Assembly (NCBI GenBank): GCA_965116205.1
Contig: OZ220493.1
Span: forward strand, 2,613,072 to 2,677,071
DNA length: 64,000 nucleotides
Direction of reading: 5' to 3'
Source: Arenicellales bacterium
GTDB lineage: Bacteria; Pseudomonadota; Gammaproteobacteria; Arenicellales; JAJDZL01
The translations under genes were made by a program, and so were the position numbers. Below, in pieces: positions 1 through 9,107 of this stretch. Every line of letters starts with the position of its first letter. The stretch's first letter is position 1. The notes below the pieces were generated by a model, which searched no databases, was not told where the DNA came from, and saw only the letters and a program-made list of their open reading frames with translations.

Positions 1-347
1 GTGGCGCGGAACGATTGAATATTTTCGAGCTGTCAGTCATGAGTTTCGAACCACCTGACTATGAACGATTTCCGAGCTTGCAACTGGCTCGCGAAGTCGC
101 GGAGTGCAAAGGTACGGCCGCTACAGTGATGAATGCGGCGAATGAAGTTGCCGTCGCAGCTTTTCTCGCCTCTAAAATTAGATTCACCGAGATCAGTACC
201 ATCATTGCGCACTGCGTCGAGCGATTGGGTAACGAAGCTTGCGATTCTATTGATGTGATCATGGAAGTGGATCGGTCGGCTCGTGAGACTGCCGCGCAAA
301 AAATCAAATGCCTGACCGGCAACTTCAGCGTGGCAAAAAACCTGTAG
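1..347 (+). CDS. dxr: 1-deoxy-D-xylulose 5-phosphate reductoisomerase, C-terminal fragment; the gene starts upstream of the window
   Basis: The frame is open from the window edge. The translation ...FEPPDYERFPSLQLAREV...TVMNAANEVAVAAFLASKIRFTEI matches the conserved Dxr C-terminal domain. Synteny dxr-rseP-bamA supports it. Confidence 0.9.
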   Translation, partial: GAERLNIFELSVMSFEPPDYERFPSLQLAREVAECKGTAATVMNAANEVAVAAFLASKIRFTEISTIIAHCVERLGNEACDSIDVIMEVDRSARETAAQKIKCLTGNFSVAKNL

Positions 348-643
348 CGCCGCAATGATCTCAAATTGAAACGAAATAATTCCGCTCGGCGCGTGTAAAA
401 TGACACTTATTGGGTTGAGTAGCGATGACTTGTCGTGGCTGACGGTCCGATATGTCAATGACCGGAGCGGAAAACCAACGCGCGAGGCCGACCGAGTTTA
501 ATCGTTCTGCTAGCCATACGAAGGCCAGGTAATCATTGGTGTTGATGGAGCATGGGCAAAAAATCATGGTTCCATAAGTAATCTGATCCGGTTTTCTCTC
601 GCGTGACTGTGTAGTCGAACCCTAACAAGTTAAAGATGAATCT

Positions 644-2008
644 ATGTCCGAAATTCTGAACAACATTCTGTTTTTCATCATTGCGATCGGCGTGTTGATT
701 ACGTTCCATGAATATGGACACTACTGGGTCGCCCGGCGAATGGGAGTTGCTGTGCTTAGGTTTTCCGTCGGGTTCGGGCCAGTTTTATGGAAGTATGTCC
801 CAAAGAACTCTTATACGGAGTTTGCAGTATCCCTGATTCCACTCGGTGGTTATGTAAGGATGCTTGATGAAACGCAGGTAGAAGTTCCCGAACAGCTCTT
901 GCCTTTAGCGTTCAATCGTCAGCCGCTCTACAAACGCTCGGCTATAGTCGCCGCTGGACCACTGGCTAATTTTCTACTTGCTGTTGTTCTCTACGCGCTA
1001 GTTTTCATACTCGGGACGGAGGGACTACGGCCGGTCGTTGGGGCACTTTCGGAAAATGGCCTGGCGCAAAAATCCGGCATACTCGTGGGTGACGAACTGA
1101 CGAGTATTGACGAAAAACCTCTGCGCAGTTGGAGTGAACATCACTTTTACCTGTTCGACAAAATCATGAGTCAGGAGGCCGTGCACTTCGGCATTCTGAA
1201 CAACGGTCAGACACGGTCCGTACAGATCGATTTCGCAGAAGTTGAAGACGTCAACCTTGAATCAGGTGGCATAGACTTCATCACGGGAATGTTTCCGGAG
1301 ACACCAACTGTTCGTCCGGTTGTGGCGCAAGTTATCCCTAACTATCCAGCTGCAATTGCCGGACTCCAACCGGGTGATGAAATTATCCGGGTCAACGGCA
1401 CTCAAACGGCCAATTGGAATGATTTAGTTCAACTCATCAGTGAAAGCGATGCATCACTGCTGACTATTGAGTTCACTAGAAACGGAACGAATCAGGTGGT
1501 AGTGCTTGAACCGCGCGTTGTTGAGCGTAATGGCCGGCAGAATAAACAGATCGGTATTACTGTCGACGCTGACCAGCAGAGGAATGATGCTGGTGCCACG
1601 GTAACGATACGATATGGTGTAGTGGAAGCATTACTGAAGGGCGTCGAAAGTACATGGTTGACTACGGCATTGACGGTAAAATCAATCATTGGCATGTTCA
1701 CCAGAGAGCAATCGACCGATTCAATTGGTGGACCGATTGCCATCGCTGAACATGCCGGGTCGGCGGCGGAAGCCGGGATCAACTCCTACCTGGTTTTTCT
1801 CGCACTGCTCAGCATCAGTCTGGGAATACTAAATCTGTTGCCCATTCCCGTATTGGATGGTGGGCACCTGATGTTTCATCTCTATGAAGCCATATCAGGT
1901 TCACCGCCAACGGAAAAAATGTTGGCGACCGCCAATCAGATTGGACTCTTTCTTATTATCTGTCTGATGGGTTTTGCGTTTTATAATGATTTATCCCGAA
2001 TATTTTAA
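644..2008 (+). CDS. rseP: RIP zinc metalloprotease RseP (site-2 protease)
   Basis: HEYGHYW (HExxH) lies in the first TM region, PDZ-like sequence in the middle, and the NLLPIPVLDGGH motif near the C-terminus. The position between dxr and bamA fits. Confidence 0.95.
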   Translation: MSEILNNILFFIIAIGVLITFHEYGHYWVARRMGVAVLRFSVGFGPVLWKYVPKNSYTEFAVSLIPLGGYVRMLDETQVEVPEQLLPLAFNRQPLYKRSAIVAAGPLANFLLAVVLYALVFILGTEGLRPVVGALSENGLAQKSGILVGDELTSIDEKPLRSWSEHHFYLFDKIMSQEAVHFGILNNGQTRSVQIDFAEVEDVNLESGGIDFITGMFPETPTVRPVVAQVIPNYPAAIAGLQPGDEIIRVNGTQTANWNDLVQLISESDASLLTIEFTRNGTNQVVVLEPRVVERNGRQNKQIGITVDADQQRNDAGATVTIRYGVVEALLKGVESTWLTTALTVKSIIGMFTREQSTDSIGGPIAIAEHAGSAAEAGINSYLVFLALLSISLGILNLLPIPVLDGGHLMFHLYEAISGSPPTEKMLATANQIGLFLIICLMGFAFYNDLSRIF

Positions 2009-2037
2009 AATATTCTAAATTCTCTAGTTTTTGGTTC

Positions 2038-4509
2038 ATGATGCGTAGATTTGCTTTATTTATTCTCCTGACGCTGGCGTATCCAATTTACGCCATAGAA
2101 ACTTTTGTCATCAGTGACATTCAGATCGAAGGGCTACAGCGAATCTCTCCGGGTGCCGTGTTTGTCGCGTTGCCAGTTCGTGTGGGAGACGAAATGAATG
2201 ATCAGGTGTCTTCAGCATCGATCGAAGCGCTGTTTGGCACCGGATTTTTTGATGATGTTCGACTGCAGCGGGATGGCGATATTCTGATCATCTCAGTCGT
2301 CGAACGCCCCACTATTTCTGAAGTCAATTTTGATGGCAATCGAAAACTGAAGGATGATGCCATTGAAAACGCATTGCGGGTTGCCGGTCTATCAGCTGGT
2401 AACGTCTACAATCCGGAACTCGTTGATGCATTCAAACAGGAGTTGCAGACTTCATACGTTCAGGTCGGACATTTTTCAGTACAGATTTATTCATCCGTTG
2501 CCCCCCTTGACCGCAACCGAGTGGAATTGACGTTCACCATCAGCGAAGGGCAAGTGGCATTGATCAAAGAGATTAAATTGGTTGGTAACAGTCAGATTTC
2601 AGATAAGGATATTTTCGAAGAGATGGGGTTGAGCACCAAGAAAACTCTCGGTTTTCTGAATCGAAAAAATCGCTATAACCGAGAACAGTTGCGGGCCGAC
2701 CTGGAGAGCATATCGTCGTTGTATCTGAATCAAGGGTATATTGAATTTTCTTTACTTTCGGCGCGTACGTTCATTGCCGACGACCTCGAAAGCATTCTGA
2801 TCGTCATTACGATGGAAGAAGGCAACCAATATGAGTTTGGTGAACTGTCCATTGAGAGTTCGGAAGAAGTCATGCCGCCGGAAGAGTTGGAAAAACTGGT
2901 ACAGCAGCCCGAAGAGGAGATTTATTCGTTCGAAGAAGTCAGTAATACCAGAAATGCGATATCCGACTCATTTGCAAATATTGGTTACGGCCGGGCCGAG
3001 GTCGACGCCCTGCCGACCATTCACGACGATGAACAGAAAATAGATGTGCGGTATGTCGTTAAGCCCGGCAAATTAACTTACATTCGTAACATCACGTTTA
3101 AAGGCAATTTCAGTACCTCCGATGAAGTTCTAAGGCGCGAGATGCGCGTCTTGGAAGGGGGGTTGTATACGGCTAGAGAAATTCAACAGTCGAACAATCG
3201 ATTGAATCGACTAGGTATCTTCGGCAGTGTGAATTTCGAACTGTTACCCGTTGATGGTACCGAAGATCAGGTTGATCTCGTCGTTACGGTACAGGAGCGT
3301 TTGACTGGTTCACTGCTGTTTGGTGTGGGTTACAGTGAATCTGAAAAAACATCATTCAACTTTAGCATATCGCAGACTAACCTGTTCGGTACCGGTAAGA
3401 AATTGTCGGCGGGTGCCACTTATGGTAAGATTGAACAGTCGTTGAATATGGAGTACACCAATCCGTACTACACGGTAGATGGAGTGTCAAGAACCATCAC
3501 GTTCGAGTATCGAGAACGCGATACGTCAGAATCGGACACCACACTGATTTATGAGATTGATTACTTCACCGGCGGTATGGATTTTACTTACCCGGTTTCC
3601 GAAGAGGGTGCGGTTGGCATTGGATTCGACGCTTCGCGGCAGGAATTTTCACTGCTGGATGCGACCGCCACTGACTATGCAGTGCGAGAATACATTGGCG
3701 GCGGTCGAAAAAATCAGAACCTCAGTGGCACGATCAGTTATCGCAGAGACACTCGCAATCGTGCATTTTTCGCATCAGATGGAAGCGATCTGTATGTGGG
3801 ATTGCGGACGACGGGCGGTGATGAATCCAATCTGGCACTCACTGCAAGTTATGCGCATTTTTTCCCCATCGGTGATAAGATGACACTGCGTCTAAGCACG
3901 CAGTTGGACGTTGCATCCGAAGACCTACCATTTTATCGGAACTACTATATGACGGGGTATTCAACGATACGTGGATTTAACAGTGGTCAACTGGGTGCCA
4001 AACAGATGTGCCGACAAGAGCAGGAACCGACCGCCATTCAAGTCCCGACGGGAGTCACCAAGCAGGGAGACGAATACCGCTATGATGACAGTGACAAACT
4101 GTGGTCTAAACAGTATACCAGTGTAAATAGTGAAGGTAATGACGTGACCCATTGGTATCGTGGCTGCAATTCCGATCGGTCACTGGGTGGTAACGTTCGC
4201 ATGCTTAACCGTGCGGAACTGTTCTTCCCATTTTTCGGTGCTGATGAAATTGATGACAAACGCATCTCCATTTTTGTTGATCTCGGTGGCACGTTCCTAC
4301 ATAAGAAAGGTGTTTATGGAACGGCCAGCCAAGCATTGGGTCTGCGAGAGAAATTCAGTTTCAGCAACATGCGAAGTGCAGCCGGCATCGGCTTTGAATG
4401 GTTATCACCGATCGGCCCATTCGGCGTACACTACGCCATCCCAGTCAAAGAGAAACCGGGTGACGATGCCGATCGATTTCAGATTACTCTTGGTACATTT
4501 TTTGAATAA
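2038..4509 (+). CDS. bamA: Outer membrane protein assembly factor BamA
   Basis: Signal peptide, POTRA-type N-terminal repeats, a C-terminal barrel with the RGF loop motif (STIRGFNSG) and a Cys pair in the long loop. Followed by skp-lpxD. Confidence 0.95.
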   Translation: MMRRFALFILLTLAYPIYAIETFVISDIQIEGLQRISPGAVFVALPVRVGDEMNDQVSSASIEALFGTGFFDDVRLQRDGDILIISVVERPTISEVNFDGNRKLKDDAIENALRVAGLSAGNVYNPELVDAFKQELQTSYVQVGHFSVQIYSSVAPLDRNRVELTFTISEGQVALIKEIKLVGNSQISDKDIFEEMGLSTKKTLGFLNRKNRYNREQLRADLESISSLYLNQGYIEFSLLSARTFIADDLESILIVITMEEGNQYEFGELSIESSEEVMPPEELEKLVQQPEEEIYSFEEVSNTRNAISDSFANIGYGRAEVDALPTIHDDEQKIDVRYVVKPGKLTYIRNITFKGNFSTSDEVLRREMRVLEGGLYTAREIQQSNNRLNRLGIFGSVNFELLPVDGTEDQVDLVVTVQERLTGSLLFGVGYSESEKTSFNFSISQTNLFGTGKKLSAGATYGKIEQSLNMEYTNPYYTVDGVSRTITFEYRERDTSESDTTLIYEIDYFTGGMDFTYPVSEEGAVGIGFDASRQEFSLLDATATDYAVREYIGGGRKNQNLSGTISYRRDTRNRAFFASDGSDLYVGLRTTGGDESNLALTASYAHFFPIGDKMTLRLSTQLDVASEDLPFYRNYYMTGYSTIRGFNSGQLGAKQMCRQEQEPTAIQVPTGVTKQGDEYRYDDSDKLWSKQYTSVNSEGNDVTHWYRGCNSDRSLGGNVRMLNRAELFFPFFGADEIDDKRISIFVDLGGTFLHKKGVYGTASQALGLREKFSFSNMRSAAGIGFEWLSPIGPFGVHYAIPVKEKPGDDADRFQITLGTFFE

Positions 4510-4515
4510 AAAGCA

Positions 4516-5061
4516 GTGAAAATTCAATTTAAAAATATTAGTTTCGGACTGGCGCTTGTGGTCAGTATCGGTGTGTTTCCCACTTTGGTTTTTCCACAGA
4601 ATGAGGTTGGTCCACCGCTCAAGATTGGCTATGTGAATGCGCAGGAAGTCGTTTCCAATGCGCCACAGGCGAATATCGCGCTTGAGCAGTTAACACAGAA
4701 ATATTCGGCACGAGAAGCAGAACTGCTTGAGATGCAGAATCAACTCCGAGACCTCGAAAATAGATTACGTGACCCTCAAGCCGCTGAATTGTCGGAGGTT
4801 GAGTTGGCTGAGCTGCGGGGTGAAGCCCGGTTAATCAGTAGAGAACTCGAACGGGCGTCGACTGACCTCAATGAAGATTACAATTTTGATCGTAACCGGC
4901 GGTTAGAAGAGTTACAGAGCATGATCAGTGAAGTCATTTTACAGATGGCCAGAGAAGAAGGTTTTGATCTCATCGTGCAAAGTCCGGTGGTTTGGGCCAG
5001 TCAGCGGATTGATATAACGAATGCCGTTCTGGAGCGACTGCAAGAGATTGCCAGACAGTGA
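4516..5061 (+). CDS. skp: Periplasmic chaperone Skp (OmpH family)
   Basis: 181 aa with a signal peptide and a charged coiled-coil-like body. GTG start. Canonical slot between bamA and lpxD. Confidence 0.85.
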   Translation: MKIQFKNISFGLALVVSIGVFPTLVFPQNEVGPPLKIGYVNAQEVVSNAPQANIALEQLTQKYSAREAELLEMQNQLRDLENRLRDPQAAELSEVELAELRGEARLISRELERASTDLNEDYNFDRNRRLEELQSMISEVILQMAREEGFDLIVQSPVVWASQRIDITNAVLERLQEIARQ

Positions 5062-6059
5062 GCCGTGCAAGTGCAGTGACCCGAGAATGGACACTTGCGA
5101 GGTTGGCCAAACTCGTTGCCGGTCAGAGTGAGGGGAATCCGAATCGAATTGTAACCCGAGTTGCTGAACTGAGTGATGCGACACCCGACTCAATCACTTA
5201 CTACTCTTCCCGGGCGCATGCGCAGCAGCTGAAAAATACCCAAGCCGGCATTGTCATTCTGCGGGCGCGGGACCGGGCCGTCTATGTCGGTGACTGTATC
5301 ATCTCAGAACAGCCGCGTCTTGCCTTTGCGCAGGTTATTGAAGTTCTCCATCCCAGCGCTCCGCACGGCGCCGGCATTCATTCGACTGCGGTCATTGGAG
5401 AACATTCCCAGATCGATGCTTCCGTTGTCATCGGTCCCAACACCGTGATTGGAAATCACGTCAAGCTTGGCGCCAATGTTTCCATCAAAGCTGGCACAGT
5501 GATCGAAGATAGTGTTGAAATTGGTGAAGGCACTCAGATTGATTCCCAAGTCGTCATCTATCGGCACACGACAATCGGTGGCCACTGCCGTTTCTCGTCC
5601 GGTGTCATTTTAGGAGCACCGGGATTCAGTTTCGAGTGGGATGGCGAGCGGTGGGTATCGGTTCGCAACATTGGCACTTTAGTCATCGGTGATGACGTTG
5701 ATGTCGGTGCCTGCACCAGTATTGATCGAGCCTCGATCAGCGCCACCCGGGTCCATGATGGAGTACGCATTGACAACAACTGTCATATCGGTCATAACGT
5801 TGAGATCGGTAAACACACGCTGATCATCGCCGGCGTCGGAATTGGTGGCGGTGCACGTATCGGTAAACGATGTATTATCGGTGGGCATTCCGCCATTCGG
5901 GACAACATTCTGATTGCCGATGATGTGACAATTCTTGGCACTAGTTTAGTAACCAAGTCAATTACCAAGGCGGGAGAATATTCTTCGGCAGTTCCAGCCA
6001 GAGAGGCGAAAGAATGGAATCATTCACTCGCAATGCTGAATAAATTACAACCTGCCTAA
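5058..6059 (+). CDS. lpxD: UDP-3-O-acylglucosamine N-acyltransferase
   Basis: Left-handed beta-helix hexapeptide repeats after an LpxD-type N-terminal domain. 4-nt overlap with skp. Synteny skp-lpxD-fabZ-lpxA. Confidence 0.93.
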   Translation: MSRASAVTREWTLARLAKLVAGQSEGNPNRIVTRVAELSDATPDSITYYSSRAHAQQLKNTQAGIVILRARDRAVYVGDCIISEQPRLAFAQVIEVLHPSAPHGAGIHSTAVIGEHSQIDASVVIGPNTVIGNHVKLGANVSIKAGTVIEDSVEIGEGTQIDSQVVIYRHTTIGGHCRFSSGVILGAPGFSFEWDGERWVSVRNIGTLVIGDDVDVGACTSIDRASISATRVHDGVRIDNNCHIGHNVEIGKHTLIIAGVGIGGGARIGKRCIIGGHSAIRDNILIADDVTILGTSLVTKSITKAGEYSSAVPAREAKEWNHSLAMLNKLQPA

Positions 6060-6099
6060 TACGGAAATTGCCGCTCGAAATCACGCAAGGAAGATAATT

Positions 6100-6540
6100 A
6101 TGCCGTCACTTTCTATCAATGAAATTAGAGCTGTGCTACCGCATCGTTACCCTATGCTGATGGTTGATAAAGTGGTCGATTACACCGATGACTGGTTGCG
6201 GGCGACGAAAGCTGTTTCGGTCAACGAACCGGTCTTTCAAGGTCATTTCCCGAGTCACCCTATTTTCCCTGGCGTGCTCATCCTAGAAGCCATGGTACAG
6301 GCATCGGCAATCCTAGCCAGTCAAACGCTTAACGCCAAGGCTGACGACAATCGACTGTACCTGTTTGCCGGGGTGGATAAGGCGCGGTTCAAGCGGCCGG
6401 TATTGCCCGGCAGCCTGATAGAAATTGAAACTCGAACGGTGCGCAAAGTCAGCCGCTTATGGAAAACTGCAACGACGGCACATGTCCATGAGCAGCTGGT
6501 TTGCTCGGCAGAAATGCTGTTCACCTATCAGGAATTATAG
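6100..6540 (+). CDS. fabZ: 3-hydroxyacyl-ACP dehydratase FabZ
   Basis: LPHRYPMLMVDKV and GHFPSHPIFPGVLILEAM hot-dog motifs. 146 aa. Confidence 0.95.
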   Translation: MPSLSINEIRAVLPHRYPMLMVDKVVDYTDDWLRATKAVSVNEPVFQGHFPSHPIFPGVLILEAMVQASAILASQTLNAKADDNRLYLFAGVDKARFKRPVLPGSLIEIETRTVRKVSRLWKTATTAHVHEQLVCSAEMLFTYQEL

Positions 6541-7308
6541 ATGATTGATTCGACCGCGATCGTTTCTCCACTAGCGACTATCGGTGACCAGGTTAGAATT
6601 GATCCTTATGCAGTAGTTGAGGCGCACACTGTCATCGGGGATCGGACTTGGCTGGGTAGTCATTCGGTAATCCGCAGCTATACGGAACTGGGTTGTGACA
6701 ACCGCATTCATGAATTTGCGGTGCTCGGTGGGGAGCCGCAGTCCACCGGATTTCACGGTGGTCGGACCCACCTTAAAATCGGTGACCGCAACAGTATTCG
6801 CGAAATGGTCACGATCAACCGCGGTACCGAGTCCGGCGGAGTAACGCGTATTGGCAATGACAACATTTTCATGGCGTATTCCCACATTGCCCATGACTGT
6901 CAGGTCGACAATCACTGTGTTTTTGCCAATGGTACGAATATTGCTGGACATGTCGTGATCGGCGACTATGCTTTTTTAGGTGGTTTTACGTTGATTCATC
7001 AAAACTGCCGAATCGGTGCGCATTGCATTACCGGCATTAATACCATTCTGCGTCAGGATGCACCACCTTATATGATGATCAATGGCCATCCGGCACGAGT
7101 CGTGTCGGTCAACACGGTGGGTCTTAAGCGGCGCGCATTTGATCCGGCCACCATCATCGCACTGAAAAAAATCTACAAACTGTATTGCTTAAAGAATCTG
7201 AAAACTGATCAAATTCTGCTGCATTTGGACGATGAGACGAAGCAGAATGATGCCGTGCAGAGTTTTTTTGCTTTCATGAATGACAGTGAACGAGGCGTTC
7301 TGCGCTAA
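6541..7308 (+). CDS. lpxA: Acyl-ACP--UDP-GlcNAc O-acyltransferase
   Basis: Hexapeptide-repeat protein of 255 aa with an LpxA-type C-terminal helical domain. Starts directly after the fabZ stop. Confidence 0.93.
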   Translation: MIDSTAIVSPLATIGDQVRIDPYAVVEAHTVIGDRTWLGSHSVIRSYTELGCDNRIHEFAVLGGEPQSTGFHGGRTHLKIGDRNSIREMVTINRGTESGGVTRIGNDNIFMAYSHIAHDCQVDNHCVFANGTNIAGHVVIGDYAFLGGFTLIHQNCRIGAHCITGINTILRQDAPPYMMINGHPARVVSVNTVGLKRRAFDPATIIALKKIYKLYCLKNLKTDQILLHLDDETKQNDAVQSFFAFMNDSERGVLR

Positions 7309-7380
7309 CCACCGGGGCCGTCGTTTCGAGTCTGTTACGCAAACTTTCGGGCGAGCTCACGAACCTATTGCCGAGGCGAG

Positions 7381-8517
7381 ATGTCAATACGTGTTGCCAT
7401 AGTCGTTGCCGAACCTTCGGGTGATAACATTGCCGCTGATTTGATTCGGGAATTGCAAGTACATCAACCGGACATTCAGTTTTCTGGCATCTGCGGACCC
7501 GCTATGATACAGGAAGGTGTTGATGCCATCTACCGCATTGAAGATATCAGCAGTTTGGGTATTGAAGGATTGTTGAGGCGGATGCGACAGATTCTTAAAG
7601 TTCGAAAAAAGTATGTCGAATTACTGCTTGCGAAGCCGCCTGATGTGTTCGTCGGCATCGATGCCCCCGATTTCAATTTGCCAATTGGCATGCAGTTGCG
7701 ACGCGCCGGAGTCCCCACCGTCCAGTACGTAGCCCCAACAATTTGGGCTTGGCGCCAATATCGCGTGCATAAGTTGAAACGAGCGGTTGACCAGTTGCTG
7801 ACCATCTATCCTTTCGAAAGCAAATGGCTTGAACGATTCGGAATTTCCCATCGTTACATTGGCCATCCACTGGCTGACCGGATTGCAAGGCGCACTCAAC
7901 TTACCGACCGAAATGATTACAATTTCAGTTCTGACAAAACCATCGTTGCGGTTTTACCCGGTAGCAGAATCAATGAAGTCAGTCGACTCGCAGCCATTTT
8001 CTCGGGCACCTTGGCTGAGCTTTTCAACTCTGACTCAAACCTGAGATTTATCGCGCCATTTGTCGATGAACCAACGCGCCGATTGTTTGAACAGATTCAC
8101 CGAGAAGTGACTCCACAGGTGCCGATTCGTTTGGTCATGAAGGATTCTCTGAATGTCATTGAAGCCGCCGATGTCGTTCTGGCGGCGTCGGGCACCGCGG
8201 CGTTAGAAGCCGCGCTATGCGGAAAACCGGTCGTAGTTGCTTATCGGCTGTCAAAATTGTCTTACTGGTTGGTCAGACTGCTGTCGAATACTCAATATTA
8301 TTCAATGCTCAATCATTTTGACCAAGGAGTCATTATCCCAGAGTTCATGCAAAGTCAATGTACCATTGAGAATTTAAGTCGAGAAGTGCGGAAAATATTG
8401 AGTGAATCCGACTATCGGCACCGGATGCTCAAGAACTTTTCGGCGATCGCACGGCAGTTACAATGTCGCGCGAATCACCAGGCAGCTGAGGAAATATTGC
8501 AGGTGGCCCGATCTTGA
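7381..8517 (+). CDS. lpxB: Lipid-A-disaccharide synthase
   Basis: N-terminal VAEPSGD motif, a GT19-like sequence of 378 aa, and synteny lpxA-lpxB-rnhB. Confidence 0.92.
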   Translation: MSIRVAIVVAEPSGDNIAADLIRELQVHQPDIQFSGICGPAMIQEGVDAIYRIEDISSLGIEGLLRRMRQILKVRKKYVELLLAKPPDVFVGIDAPDFNLPIGMQLRRAGVPTVQYVAPTIWAWRQYRVHKLKRAVDQLLTIYPFESKWLERFGISHRYIGHPLADRIARRTQLTDRNDYNFSSDKTIVAVLPGSRINEVSRLAAIFSGTLAELFNSDSNLRFIAPFVDEPTRRLFEQIHREVTPQVPIRLVMKDSLNVIEAADVVLAASGTAALEAALCGKPVVVAYRLSKLSYWLVRLLSNTQYYSMLNHFDQGVIIPEFMQSQCTIENLSREVRKILSESDYRHRMLKNFSAIARQLQCRANHQAAEEILQVARS

Positions 8518-9107
8518 CTGCAAATTTTATTGCTGGTGTTGATGAGGCTGGCCGTGGGGCACTCGCCGGGCCGGTCGTAGCGGCGGCGGTTCTGTTTCAA
8601 GCGTCGCCACGCATTGGTGGATTGACCGACTCCAAGCGACTGACGGTGGCATCCCGGCGCAACCTTGAAACAATAATCAAACGACAGTGTACTTGTTGGG
8701 CGGTCGGTCTTGCTAGTGTTACCGAGATTGATCAGTTGAATGTTCTGCAGGCGACACTGTTGGCAATGCAGCGGGCAATAAACCGATTGACCACTCGCCC
8801 CAACCGTGTACTCGTTGATGGAACTCACCTACCGAAAATCAATATTTCCGCCGAAGCGATTGTTAAGGGCGATCTCACTGAACCGGTCATTTCTGCCGCA
8901 TCAATCATCGCGAAAGAAACGCGAGATGCAATCATGCTCGACTACTCGACCCGTTATCCTGAATATGGATTCGATCAACATGTGGGTTATGGGACACCCA
9001 TGCACTTGCGATCTCTAGCGGAACATGGTGCGACCGGCATTCACCGGCAAACTTTCGCACCGGTTCGAAAACTCCGGCAGACACATAGTCCGCGAGGTGA
9101 CTTTTAG
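8514..9107 (+). CDS. rnhB: Ribonuclease HII
   Basis: AGVDEAGRGALAGPVV catalytic motif. 197 aa. ATGA overlap with lpxB. Confidence 0.93.
   Translation: MTANFIAGVDEAGRGALAGPVVAAAVLFQASPRIGGLTDSKRLTVASRRNLETIIKRQCTCWAVGLASVTEIDQLNVLQATLLAMQRAINRLTTRPNRVLVDGTHLPKINISAEAIVKGDLTEPVISAASIIAKETRDAIMLDYSTRYPEYGFDQHVGYGTPMHLRSLAEHGATGIHRQTFAPVRKLRQTHSPRGDF

Noticed and set aside
361-721. Small minus-strand ORFs (361-567, 533-721) in the 296-bp dxr-rseP spacer
   Set aside because: No recognisable motifs. One overlaps the rseP start. The spacer more likely holds the rseP/bamA promoter region.
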